DNA of 49,921 nt from Patescibacteria group bacterium (lineage in GTDB: Bacteria > Patescibacteriota > Patescibacteriia > Patescibacteriales > UBA12465), in contig JBMNOL010000006.1 of NCBI GenBank assembly GCA_050943055.1, positions 1 through 49,921 of the forward strand, written 5' to 3'. This document shows, piece by piece, positions 9,227 to 18,553 of this stretch (position 1 is its first letter; each line of letters opens with the position of its first letter). Both the position numbers and the translations under genes were made by a program. The notes under the pieces were generated by a model, which was not told the origin of the DNA, did not search any database, and saw nothing but the letters and a program-made list of their open reading frames with translations.

Positions 9227-9257
9227 AAAAAGCCGCCCCTGCGGGGCGGCTTTTTTT
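9227..9257. terminator. Bidirectional terminator
   Basis: aaaaagccgcccc-tgc-ggggcggcttttttt between convergent genes. Confidence 0.85.
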
Positions 9258-9258
9258 A

Positions 9259-10146
9259 TTAGTCAGCCAACTCATTAATTAATTGTTTTAACTTATCTTT
9301 TACTTCCGAATTTTTTAAACCTAATTTAATATTGGCCTTTATCAAACCAAATTTATCACCAGTATCTAGCCACTCCCCTTTTAATTTAACCCCATATAAA
9401 GGCTTTCCTTGAGATAGTAAAATATCAAAGGCATCGGCCAAGCGAATTTCCCCCGACTTCCCTTCTTTCATGGCGCCTAAAATTTCTAAAACCTCAGGGG
9501 TAATAATGTAAAGACCAACGGCTACTAAATTAGAAGGAGCTTCATTAGCCGCCGGTTTTTCCACAAAATGATCGATTTTATACAAGCCGTTATCTTGACG
9601 AGCACCACCCATAACGCCAAACTTAGAAACTTCCGTCGGCTTCACTTCGGCCAGACCCACCACTGGAGCGCCACACTGCTCATAAGCCTCAATCAATTGC
9701 GTCACAGGCGATTCTGGTGAATCATACAAGGTATCGCCAAACATCACTAAAATCGGTTCCTCATGAACTAAGTGCGCAGCGCAATTAATGGCGTGACCGT
9801 CGCCTAAAGGAATGCTCTGACGAACATAAGAAAATTTAGCCAAACGCTCAATCGCCGCTACTTTTTCCACTAACTCCAATTTATTTTTTTCTACGAGTGT
9901 TTTCGAAAGTTCAAAAGAGTAATCAAAATGGTCTTCAATCGCGCGCTTGCCGCGACCGGTGACAAAAATAATTTCCGTAATTCCCGCCTCTGCCGCCTGT
10001 TCCACTAAATACTGAATAACCGGTTTATCAACCACGGGCAACATCTCTTTCGGCTGTGCCTTAGTCGCCGGCAAAAAACGAGTACCGAATCCGGCGACCG
10101 GTAAAATTGCCTTATTAATAAGAACTTTTTTTTCTAATTTAGACAT
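9259..10146 (-). CDS. galU: UTP--glucose-1-phosphate uridylyltransferase
   Basis: KAILPVAGFGTRFLPATKAQPKEMLPVVDKP, GDGHAI and GEIRLADA. Confidence 0.93.
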   Translation of the reverse strand: MSKLEKKVLINKAILPVAGFGTRFLPATKAQPKEMLPVVDKPVIQYLVEQAAEAGITEIIFVTGRGKRAIEDHFDYSFELSKTLVEKNKLELVEKVAAIERLAKFSYVRQSIPLGDGHAINCAAHLVHEEPILVMFGDTLYDSPESPVTQLIEAYEQCGAPVVGLAEVKPTEVSKFGVMGGARQDNGLYKIDHFVEKPAANEAPSNLVAVGLYIITPEVLEILGAMKEGKSGEIRLADAFDILLSQGKPLYGVKLKGEWLDTGDKFGLIKANIKLGLKNSEVKDKLKQLINELAD

Positions 10147-10156
10147 AAAATTAAAG

Positions 10157-10936
10157 TTAAGACTTTCTCCACTTTATAAAATAACGGAAAGCGGATTTTA
10201 AATGTTCGCGAGCAATTTTATCTTTTAGTAAAGATTGATACCAAGGCCTCTGGGCACTCTGGCGCAAATGATTGTGCGTCACTTCGGCCGCGGGAAAATA
10301 AACGACTTTTTGGCCACGGGTTCTTATTTGCCGGCAAAGATCAACATCTTCAAAATACATAAAGTAGCGCTCATCAAATAAAAGATTATCTTTTATTTCG
10401 GAGCGGCGGACCATAAAACAAGCGCCTAAAATCCAATCCACTACTTGAGTTTGATTATGATCAGCATGTTTCATTAAGTAATGATTAATGCGCCCCGGGA
10501 AAAACTGACCGACAAAAGTACGACGTAGAAGCGGCGTATAGAACTTAGGAAAACGAACACAGGAATATTGTAAGGAGCCGTCGGGATTCAAAAGTTTCGG
10601 CCCCACCAAGCCAACCTTGGGATTAGCTTTTAAATAGTAGTAGAGTTTTTTAATCGCGTCGGGTGTAAAAACAATATCGGGATTAGAAATTAAAATTTGG
10701 GCACCGCTAGATTGAGCGATGCCAAAATTATTCCCCTTCCCCATCCCTAAATTAGCGCCACTATTAATTATTCTTAACCAAGGATATTTTAAATCACTTA
10801 AATCGTCACCGGAATCATTATCCACTACCAACACTTCATAGCTTAAGCCGCTTAAGTCTGCCGAGTTAATGGAGTTTAAACAATTAACTAATTTGTTCTT
10901 GCTGCGATAATTGACAATGATAATGGATAAGTCCAT
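10157..10936 (-). CDS. Glycosyltransferase family 2 (WbbL-like)
   Basis: LSIIIVNY, VVDNDSGD, NPD and FDERYFMYFEDVDLC. Confidence 0.9.
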   Translation of the reverse strand: MDLSIIIVNYRSKNKLVNCLNSINSADLSGLSYEVLVVDNDSGDDLSDLKYPWLRIINSGANLGMGKGNNFGIAQSSGAQILISNPDIVFTPDAIKKLYYYLKANPKVGLVGPKLLNPDGSLQYSCVRFPKFYTPLLRRTFVGQFFPGRINHYLMKHADHNQTQVVDWILGACFMVRRSEIKDNLLFDERYFMYFEDVDLCRQIRTRGQKVVYFPAAEVTHNHLRQSAQRPWYQSLLKDKIAREHLKSAFRYFIKWRKS

Positions 10937-10946
10937 AAATAAAAAA

Positions 10947-12020
10947 TTAAGCTAAACGACGGGGTTTAAATATCTTCTTGACTAGTTGCCAATAAAAATT
11001 AAAGACGGGATTGACTAAATATTTTAAAATCGGATTAGCAATTTCTTGAAACTCAATGCGACCGACAAAATTTTGACTAAGCAGCGCCCGCCGCGCGCCG
11101 CCTAAGCGACGGTATTGCTGGCGTAAACGTTTTTGTAAGCGCCAGAATTTCGGCGTCAAAGTAGAGCCAACTACTTGCAACCAAATTTTAAACCAGCCGG
11201 AAAAAATCGCCACTAACCCCATCCCCAAAGACATAATCCAAAAAGGAGGCGCTAAAAAAATTAAATATTTAAGCGGATAAAAAGACCAGAAACAAAGGCG
11301 GCGATTACGTTCCATAAAATAAAGCATCCGCACGCTCCGGTCAAATTCATAACGATGATAAACAATAGACTGAGGCGCGAGAACTATTTTAGAACCTAAA
11401 AGACGAGCCTTCAAGCTCAACTCTAAATCATCGTGATACATGTAAAATTCTTCCGTGTAACCACCAATCGCCTCAAAAATTTCCCGACGGATTAGGAGTG
11501 AACAACCGGAAGCATAGCCACTAATTTCCGGATATCCCTCCAGAGAAACTTCTGCTACAGGACAATTATAATCACTCGTAAAACCAAAGAATAAAAAATG
11601 GAGCCGGTTGCCGGTACTATTAATTAGATCAGCGCGACCGGCTTTGGTATCGGGATGTAAAAGAATTAAAGATTGCGCAATCCCCGCCTCGGGATTTTTT
11701 TCTAAAGCGGCCACCAAAGAGGCAAGCCAATTAGAATCAAACTCCGTATCCATATTAGCGGCCACCAAATACTGACAACCGTCAGCGACCGCTTGGCGCA
11801 TCCCTAAATTATTGGCGGCACTATAATTGCCATCGGGGCGCGGCAAAATTATGGCTTCAGGATAAGTCGTTTTTAAGTATTCCTGAGATTCCAGGGAGGC
11901 CGCATTATCAACCAAATAAACTTTAAAATTTTGATCACTTTGGCGACGCAGAGAATCACGGCAAACTTCTAAATATTTACGGGCGTAATCCTTATAATTA
12001 ACCAAAACAATTCCCGTCAT
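10947..12020 (-). CDS. Glycosyltransferase family 2
   Basis: IVLVNY, VDNAS, ANNLG, NMD and EFYMYHDDLELS. Confidence 0.88.
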   Translation of the reverse strand: MTGIVLVNYKDYARKYLEVCRDSLRRQSDQNFKVYLVDNAASLESQEYLKTTYPEAIILPRPDGNYSAANNLGMRQAVADGCQYLVAANMDTEFDSNWLASLVAALEKNPEAGIAQSLILLHPDTKAGRADLINSTGNRLHFLFFGFTSDYNCPVAEVSLEGYPEISGYASGCSLLIRREIFEAIGGYTEEFYMYHDDLELSLKARLLGSKIVLAPQSIVYHRYEFDRSVRMLYFMERNRRLCFWSFYPLKYLIFLAPPFWIMSLGMGLVAIFSGWFKIWLQVVGSTLTPKFWRLQKRLRQQYRRLGGARRALLSQNFVGRIEFQEIANPILKYLVNPVFNFYWQLVKKIFKPRRLA

Positions 12021-12023
12021 AGG

Positions 12024-12881
12024 CTAGTCGCTTAATTTATTTAAGGCCGGCAATTTCACGCCAACTAAAAACCAAGCCGCGCGCAAAAATCGCGCTTGCC
12101 AGCGTGGCTGCCACTTCAAAAAATACTTCAGCATGGACTCGGCAAAATAAGCTTGTTTTTTAGGGCGATCCACCTGATTAAAACTGGCGCCAACATAATC
12201 TATTAGGGTCGCAGCCGGAGAGTACCAAACCTCGCCACCTTTAATTTTTACCTGCCGACAAAAATCCACCTCTTCAAACCAAATAAAATAACGTTCATCC
12301 AAATAAGGTTTGTCCGCACCAGAAATCTTTGTCCAAGACTGACGATTGATTAAAAAACAAGCGCCCCGCACCGAATCAACGGCCGCCGCTTGTTCATAAT
12401 TAAAATTTTTCTCTAAATACCGATTTAAGAGCGCCGGCAAAAGATGGGGTAGCTTTAAAACAATAAACAATTGATCACAAAAACGAGGAAAACGTCTAAT
12501 TTGTGGGATTACCTGGCCATCCGGATTAGTTAATTTGTAGCCACTGACGGTAGCCTGTTGATTTTCTTCCGCCCAAGCCAACATTTTTTCTAAAGTATCA
12601 GGCCTAACTAACATGTCAGGATTAAGAAGCAGTAAATAGCGACCGGAAGCCAGCTTGAGCGCTTGATTATTGGCTTTGGCAAACCCATGGTTATCAGTAT
12701 TGGCAATCAGTTTGACGCTCGGGAATTCGGTGGCGACCATGACCGCACTACCATCTTGAGAATTATTATCCACCACAAAAATTTCAATTTGCTTTTTTGT
12801 TGATGACGCTAAAAGCGCCTGCAAATTAGCACGCAGTTTATCTTTAACATTCCATGAAACAATAATGACGGATAAATCCAT
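12024..12881 (-). CDS. Glycosyltransferase family 2 (WbbL-like)
   Basis: LSVIIVSWN, VVDNNSQDGS, GFAKANN, LLNPD and DERYFIWFEEVDFC. Confidence 0.9.
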   Translation of the reverse strand: MDLSVIIVSWNVKDKLRANLQALLASSTKKQIEIFVVDNNSQDGSAVMVATEFPSVKLIANTDNHGFAKANNQALKLASGRYLLLLNPDMLVRPDTLEKMLAWAEENQQATVSGYKLTNPDGQVIPQIRRFPRFCDQLFIVLKLPHLLPALLNRYLEKNFNYEQAAAVDSVRGACFLINRQSWTKISGADKPYLDERYFIWFEEVDFCRQVKIKGGEVWYSPAATLIDYVGASFNQVDRPKKQAYFAESMLKYFLKWQPRWQARFLRAAWFLVGVKLPALNKLSD

Positions 12882-12882
12882 A

Positions 12883-13149
12883 TTACTTGCTTAGATGAAC
12901 TAATTTACGCCGACTTGATGCCCCGGAAACTATTTTGACTTGAGTTGGAGCCACCTCAAACTCCGCCGCCAAAAATTTTATCAAAGCTTGATTGGCAGCA
13001 CCGTCTTCCGGAATAGCTTTTAAGGCTAATTTCCAAGAACCATCCGCTAAAGAACTGAGCCATTTATTTCCCGGCCGCCGCGGACTGAGACGCAAATCTA
13101 AGATTAATTCTCCGTTTTTAGCTAATTGTTGACGCAAAGATTCAATCAT
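12883..13149 (-). CDS. DUF167 / UPF0235 (YggU-like) protein
   Basis: LKAIPEDGAANQALIKFLA...VKIVSGASSRRK. Confidence 0.85.
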   Translation of the reverse strand: MIESLRQQLAKNGELILDLRLSPRRPGNKWLSSLADGSWKLALKAIPEDGAANQALIKFLAAEFEVAPTQVKIVSGASSRRKLVHLSK

Positions 13150-13306
13150 TTTTAACCCTAAGAATTAAGAAAAATTACCTAATTTGCCGGGTTTTAAGCA
13201 TTTTAGGCTAACTTTAGTATAGCGTTTTTTGAAGATAAAATCAATTTACTTTAATTTGAAAATAATCAAAAATGACTTATACTTAAAGAAATAATTAAAA
13301 AAATTT

Positions 13307-13786
13307 ATGCCTGAAAAAACAACCCGCCCGTCCTGGGATGAGTATTTTAGTCAATTAGCGGTTATGGTTGGTACCCGCGGTACCTGCGACCGCGGCCGCT
13401 GCGGCGCCATAATTACTAAAGATCGTCGTATTGTTTCTACCGGTTATGCCGGTTCGCCGGTTGGTTGCCGACACTGCGACGAGATTGGTCACGAACTGCA
13501 CCTGGTCACCCATGAAGATGGTTCCGAGACGAAGCATTGTATCAGAACAACTCATGCTGAACAAAACGCCATTTGCCAAGCCGCTCGTTTTGGCATCGCT
13601 TTAGATGGTGGGACTATTTATGTAAAAATGTCACCCTGTTATGCCTGTGCGAAAATGATTATTAACGCTGGCATTAAAAGAGTGGTTTGTAATCAAGACT
13701 ATCAGGATTCAAAACGCAGTAAAGAAATTTTTAAAGAAGCGGGGGTGGAATTTGTTTTATTGGATGACACTGTTGTCTCCTATTAA
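13307..13786 (+). CDS. dCMP deaminase (ComEB/cytidine-deoxycytidylate deaminase family)
   Basis: RPSWDEYF, HAEQNAI and PCYAC zinc-binding motifs. Confidence 0.9.
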   Translation: MPEKTTRPSWDEYFSQLAVMVGTRGTCDRGRCGAIITKDRRIVSTGYAGSPVGCRHCDEIGHELHLVTHEDGSETKHCIRTTHAEQNAICQAARFGIALDGGTIYVKMSPCYACAKMIINAGIKRVVCNQDYQDSKRSKEIFKEAGVEFVLLDDTVVSY

Positions 13787-13859
13787 ATTGACTATTGGCC
13801 CAGATGTTATAGGGTAATAAGAGTCATTTAAAAATATTAATCACTAAAAAGATAGGGGT

Positions 13860-14654
13860 ATGACAAATTACTTAGAAATGTTACGACACATTATGGATAA
13901 TGGTGTCGACAAAGATGATCGGACCGGCACCGGCACGCGCAGCGTTTTTGGCTACCAATTGCGTTTTAATCTCGCCGCTGGCTTTCCTCTGTTAACAACG
14001 AAAAAAGTTCATTTGCGCTCGATTATTCACGAGCTGCTCTGGTTTTTACAAGGCAGCACCAATATTAAGTATTTAGTGGACAATGGGGTGAGTATTTGGA
14101 ACGAGTGGGCCGACGAAAATGGTGAGCTGGGACCTGTTTATGGAAGCCAATGGCGATCCTGGCCAACTCCGGAGGGCGGGAAAATTGATCAGATCGCCAA
14201 GGCGGTTGAAACGATTAAAAATAATCCGAATTCCCGCCGCATTATTGTTTCGGCTTGGAATGTGGCAGAAGTTGATAAGATGGCGTTGCCGCCTTGTCAC
14301 TGCCTCTTTCAATTTTATGTGGCCGACGGAAAATTGTCTTGTCAGCTTTACCAAAGAAGCTGTGACACTTTCTTAGGTGTTCCCTTTAATATCGCTTCTT
14401 ATGCCCTACTCACGATGATGATGGCCCAAGTTTGCGATTTGGAGCCTGGTGATTTTATTCATACTTTTGGCGACTTGCATATTTACAAAAATCATTTTGA
14501 TCAAGTAAAAGAGCAACTAAGCCGCGAACCACGCGCTTTGCCAAAAATGAAAATCAATCCGGCGGTCAAAGATATCTTTGGCTTTAAGTATGAGGACTTT
14601 GAATTGACAGATTACAATCCGCACCCCAGTATCAAAGCGCCTATTGCCGTTTAA
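13860..14654 (+). CDS. thyA: Thymidylate synthase ThyA
   Basis: [28 protein letters not shown] and GVPFNIASY. Confidence 0.97.
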   Translation: MTNYLEMLRHIMDNGVDKDDRTGTGTRSVFGYQLRFNLAAGFPLLTTKKVHLRSIIHELLWFLQGSTNIKYLVDNGVSIWNEWADENGELGPVYGSQWRSWPTPEGGKIDQIAKAVETIKNNPNSRRIIVSAWNVAEVDKMALPPCHCLFQFYVADGKLSCQLYQRSCDTFLGVPFNIASYALLTMMMAQVCDLEPGDFIHTFGDLHIYKNHFDQVKEQLSREPRALPKMKINPAVKDIFGFKYEDFELTDYNPHPSIKAPIAV

Positions 14655-14660
14655 AAATTT

Positions 14661-14695
14661 AGCCCGTCTCGCCAACTAGCGACCGGGCTCTTTTT
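14661..14695 (+). terminator. Terminator-like hairpin between thyA and the DHFR gene
   Basis: agcccg...cgggct stem with inner tcgc/gcga pairing followed by ttttt. Confidence 0.5.
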
Positions 14696-14706
14696 ATAAA
14701 AATATT

Positions 14707-15210
14707 ATGATTCCAGTAACTCTAATGATGGCAATCTCCGCGGACGGGAGAATCGCCAAAAATAGCAACCAGTTAGCCAACTGGACGAGCCCCGAAGATA
14801 AAAAATTGTTTATGGCCGAATCGCAAAAACACGGCGTAATTATGATGGGTGAAAATACTTTTAAAACCCTACCTCAAGCCTTACCGCGCCGCTTGAATGT
14901 TGTTTTTTCAGAAAACAACCAGCCGGAGCAAGCTGGCGTTCGCTTTGTAAGTGGCGAACCGGAAGCGGTTTTAGCAACCCTAGAAGCCGAAGGTTATCGC
15001 TCGGCCCTTTTAGGCGGCGGCTGTTATTTAAATTCTCAGTTTTTAAAAAGAAAATTAATCAGCGAAATAATATTAACCGTTGAACCCCTTCTTTTTGGTC
15101 GCGGTCTGCCCCTCTTTGATATTGATTTTCCCGCTCAACTAAATTTATTGGAGTTAAAAAAAATAAATGAACACACGTTTGTAGTTCGTTATCGCGTTTG
15201 TTACGATTAA
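14707..15210 (+). CDS. folA: Dihydrofolate reductase family protein
   Basis: MAISADGRIA, W..PEDKKLF, MMGENTF, LPRRLNVV and LLGG; directly downstream of thyA. Confidence 0.75.
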   Translation: MIPVTLMMAISADGRIAKNSNQLANWTSPEDKKLFMAESQKHGVIMMGENTFKTLPQALPRRLNVVFSENNQPEQAGVRFVSGEPEAVLATLEAEGYRSALLGGGCYLNSQFLKRKLISEIILTVEPLLFGRGLPLFDIDFPAQLNLLELKKINEHTFVVRYRVCYD

Positions 15211-15218
15211 CTAAAATT

Positions 15219-15791
15219 ATGGCAAAAATAATTATTGGCCTGAGCGGCCAAATTGCCAGCGGCAAAGAAGTGGTCAAAAAATATTTAGAGAGCCGTTGCG
15301 GGGGCGCGAGCTTTAAATTTTCTGATATCTTAAGAAATATTTTAGATGATCTTGATGTTCCGACCGAGCGCGGCAATATTATTAAACTATCAACTTTTTT
15401 AAGACAAGCTTATGGCGAGGATTTATTGGCAAAAGTGCTAACAAAAAAAGTTTCGCAAGCGGACGAGGAGTTAGTAATTGTTGATGGTATTCGTCGCTTA
15501 GCCGATATAAAATATTTAAAAGATTTAGATAATTTTTATCTAATCGCCATTACCGCCAAACCCGAGATTCGCTACCAAAGAGTTTTATCACGCAATGAAA
15601 ACCCGGGTGATGCCCAAAAAACTTGGGAGGGTTTTTTAGCTGATGAAGCCAAAGAAACTGAAACCAGTATTGCCTCCGTAGTCGCCGAAGCCGACTATGT
15701 ACTAGAAAATAACGGCACTTTAGAAGAACTTAAAGACAAAATTGACAAAATTCTAACTCTCCTCCAAAATAAGCGAAAAGAGGGGAATTAA
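15219..15791 (+). CDS. P-loop nucleotide kinase (dephospho-CoA kinase-like / dNMP kinase-like)
   Basis: IIGLSGQIASGK Walker A, VIVDGIR and ADYVLENNGTLEEL. ATG at 15219. Confidence 0.7.
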   Translation: MAKIIIGLSGQIASGKEVVKKYLESRCGGASFKFSDILRNILDDLDVPTERGNIIKLSTFLRQAYGEDLLAKVLTKKVSQADEELVIVDGIRRLADIKYLKDLDNFYLIAITAKPEIRYQRVLSRNENPGDAQKTWEGFLADEAKETETSIASVVAEADYVLENNGTLEELKDKIDKILTLLQNKRKEGN

Positions 15792-15800
15792 TTTTTAACT

Positions 15801-17063
15801 ATGGCCAACTACTCAGGAAAATTAATTGTCATTGACGGAACCGACGGCTCCGGCAAAACAACCCAATTAAACTTGCTCGCGGAGCGCTTGAAGCAAGAGG
15901 GTTTTTTGGTGGAGATTGCCGATTTTCCACAATACAATACTAAGTCCGCTGGCCCGATTGAAGAATATCTCTCCGGTAAATATGGCGGTCCCGGAGAAGT
16001 TACTCCTTACCAAGCATCAATTTTTTACGCCGTTGACCGTTTTGATGCCAATTTTAAAATTAAAAAATGGTTACAAGAAGGAAAGATTGTTTTATCTAAC
16101 CGCTACGTCTCCGCCAACATGGGGCATCAAGGCGCCAAAATAAGTAATTCTCTGGAACGTAAAGTCTTTTTTAATTGGCTCAACGATTTAGAATATAAAT
16201 TGTTCAATATCTCTCAGCCCGACCTATCGTTAATCCTTCACGTTCCAGCCGAAATTTCCTTCACCTTGGCTAAAGATCGGCAGCGCGAAGATTGGGTGGG
16301 CAAGACCAAAGATATTCACGAAAATGATATCAATCATCTCCGCTCAGCTGAAGAAGTTTATTTAGAAATTGCCAAAACTATCCCGGGTTTTACTTTAATT
16401 GAATGCGCCGCCGGTAATAAGATTTTAGATCGAGAAGAAATTAGCGAATTGATTTGGGTGCAAGTCCGTCGCTTATTAAACGGCAGCCTAAGTAAAAAAG
16501 AGAGTAGCTTTAAAGCGGTCGCCGAAATTATTAGTAAAAACAAGCAGATCCAAAGCCATAAAGATTTTTTCTTTAAAAAAGAAGAAACCCTCAAGTCGAT
16601 AACAAAAACGGGGATAGAAAAACCGGAAATCGCGGAATTACCGATATTAAAAGTAGAGCGTTTAAGAGAAGAAGCAAAGTTGCCAACCAAGGCTTACGCT
16701 CATGACGCCGGTTTGGATTTATACGCCGCCGAAACCGTCTCCATCGCCCCCTACGGCCAAACAGCTGTCAAAACCGGAATCAGAATCGCTATTCCCGAAA
16801 ACCAAGTCGGTTTAATTTGGGACAAAAGCGGAATGGCTAAAGAAGGTTTAACCACCTTAGGTGGAGTGATTGACGCCGGTTATCGCGGGGAAATCTTAGT
16901 TTTACTTAAGAATTTAGGTGAAGATATTTACCATATTTTACCGGGGCAGAAAATTGCTCAATTAATTATTCAGCCGCTCACTACTTTTAAACTAGAAGAG
17001 GGGACAGTGCCCCAAGAAACGGAACGCGGTCAAGGTGGATTTGGCAGCAGTGGCCAATTTTAA
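15801..17063 (+). CDS. tmk-dut: Thymidylate kinase-dUTPase fusion protein
   Basis: N-terminal IDGTDGSGKTT, FYAVDR, NRYVSANMGHQ and PDL (Tmk); C-terminal DAGLDL, DKSG, GVIDAGYRGEI, KIAQL and RGQGGFGSSG (all five trimeric dUTPase motifs); one uninterrupted ORF. Confidence 0.9.
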   Translation: MANYSGKLIVIDGTDGSGKTTQLNLLAERLKQEGFLVEIADFPQYNTKSAGPIEEYLSGKYGGPGEVTPYQASIFYAVDRFDANFKIKKWLQEGKIVLSNRYVSANMGHQGAKISNSLERKVFFNWLNDLEYKLFNISQPDLSLILHVPAEISFTLAKDRQREDWVGKTKDIHENDINHLRSAEEVYLEIAKTIPGFTLIECAAGNKILDREEISELIWVQVRRLLNGSLSKKESSFKAVAEIISKNKQIQSHKDFFFKKEETLKSITKTGIEKPEIAELPILKVERLREEAKLPTKAYAHDAGLDLYAAETVSIAPYGQTAVKTGIRIAIPENQVGLIWDKSGMAKEGLTTLGGVIDAGYRGEILVLLKNLGEDIYHILPGQKIAQLIIQPLTTFKLEEGTVPQETERGQGGFGSSGQF

Positions 17064-17066
17064 CTA

Positions 17067-17095
17067 TTGACATTATTTTACTTTTATATTACAAT
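17067..17095 (+). promoter_or_regulatory. Sigma70-type promoter for ORF 17137
   Basis: TTGACA (17067) - 17 bp - TACAAT (17090). Confidence 0.6.
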
Positions 17096-17136
17096 AAAGT
17101 TTCAACAAACACACATTAACAATAAAATATTAAAGA

Positions 17137-17484
17137 ATGAGAGAAATCAGTCACAACCAACGAGAAGTTGGGCTTTTGTTGTTGGAGTTTTTAAGAAACC
17201 GACAAAATATAAAGCCCCGACAAAGAAACATCTTTGGGATGAGTGGGTTTTTCCATCAGACAACTTTAGTGTCAATCGGAAAAAAATTTTTACTACCACT
17301 TAACCAAGATGATGACCAAGAAAAAGAATTAAAGAGGTTAATCGAAAAAGACTTCTTTAGTGATGGCGGAATCAAACGTTTTGAAGATTACCGGCAAACC
17401 TTGCAGCTAGAAAAGAAAAATGGTTTTCAAAATCTCGCTTTACTATTAAAAAATCTACAAAAAAAACAACAAAACCTAAACTGA
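17137..17484 (+). CDS. Hypothetical protein
   Basis: 115 aa ORF with an upstream consensus promoter and downstream hairpin; no recognised motif. Confidence 0.55.
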   Translation: MREISHNQREVGLLLLEFLRNRQNIKPRQRNIFGMSGFFHQTTLVSIGKKFLLPLNQDDDQEKELKRLIEKDFFSDGGIKRFEDYRQTLQLEKKNGFQNLALLLKNLQKKQQNLN

Positions 17485-17497
17485 AAAATAAAAAAAT

Positions 17498-17530
17498 GGG
17501 CCTCAGAAAAAATCTGCAGGCCCTTTTATT
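17498..17530. terminator. Bidirectional terminator
   Basis: gggcct-caga...tctg-c-aggccc flanked by A and T tracts between convergent genes. Confidence 0.55.
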
Positions 17531-17545
17531 TTAGAAAAAGTATCT

Positions 17546-18451
17546 TTAAAGATTTAGATCCACTGACGGCTCATGGTTATTCATAAAGTTTTCCGCGTGT
17601 CCGGTCGCCGGAACATAATCAGAAAAACCGGCCCCCAAAGCGTCAAGAATCTCTTTTTGATTACCGCCGGGTTGGTCAAAATCATAAATACTAATTTTAT
17701 CACTAATTGGCTGACTCACACCGCTAGCCCTTAAACGGCCGAAGCAATCCAAAGCGCCATATTTTGAATTGGCAACCTGATCAGCTGGGAGACGAAAAGC
17801 GTAAAGATAACGGGCTCCAGGTGCTTTAAATAATCTTTTGATATCGGTACTAAAATAAACTTCTCCTTTCAAGCCTTTTTTAAAATCAATGTCAGTAGGA
17901 CTAGTGTGGTAAACAATTACCGAGTCATTAAGACGGCGGACCAAAATTTCTTTAGCTTCTTTTAAAGTAAGGTTATTGCGACGGGCAAAAACAAATTCCC
18001 GAGTATCTTTATCTAAATTTTTTAAAATATCACCCAAATCTTCAACATCTATTTTCCCTAAAACCATATCTTCATCATAAAGCTTAGTGGCCTGCATCTC
18101 GTTAATCCGCTTTAAGGGGTCTAAACGAAACTCTTCTCTCTCTTCTTCAGGCAAATTTTTATTTTTCTCTTCATTCTCCATCAAAGACTTAAAAATATCG
18201 GCCGAAGGTCCGCCAGCTGTTCGCTCAACTAAGCGGCTAAAATTATCTAATTCCTCAGCCCCGCCCCGGGTATTTTTCTTTTTTTGCACCCAACGATCAA
18301 AAGCCTCGCGACTAGAAAAAAAAGGGGCAGCATCAATTTCTTCACGCGTCGGCAAATCGGGGTAGTCTTTTTTAGACTCCACCTCTTTAGATTTGTTTTC
18401 TTCCCCCTTAACTTTAAAATTGGCAAATTTTTGTTCAAAATTCATAAACAT
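17546..18451 (-). CDS. Hypothetical protein with charged N-terminal region and possible ADP-ribosyltransferase-like C-terminal domain
   Basis: VIVYHTS...KGEVYFSTD...YLYAFRL pattern. Start at 18451 or 18445, because a TTGACT-17-TATAAT promoter lies at 18499-18471. Confidence 0.55.
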   Translation of the reverse strand: MFMNFEQKFANFKVKGEENKSKEVESKKDYPDLPTREEIDAAPFFSSREAFDRWVQKKKNTRGGAEELDNFSRLVERTAGGPSADIFKSLMENEEKNKNLPEEEREEFRLDPLKRINEMQATKLYDEDMVLGKIDVEDLGDILKNLDKDTREFVFARRNNLTLKEAKEILVRRLNDSVIVYHTSPTDIDFKKGLKGEVYFSTDIKRLFKAPGARYLYAFRLPADQVANSKYGALDCFGRLRASGVSQPISDKISIYDFDQPGGNQKEILDALGAGFSDYVPATGHAENFMNNHEPSVDLNL

Positions 18452-18553
18452 TTTTATTTCAAGACAATTAATTATACTACAAAATAGCGTAAAAGTCAAA
18501 AATAATCTTTTTTAACTTCCCTTGCCGTCTTTTTTTCGCTAAACTGCTAGTAT

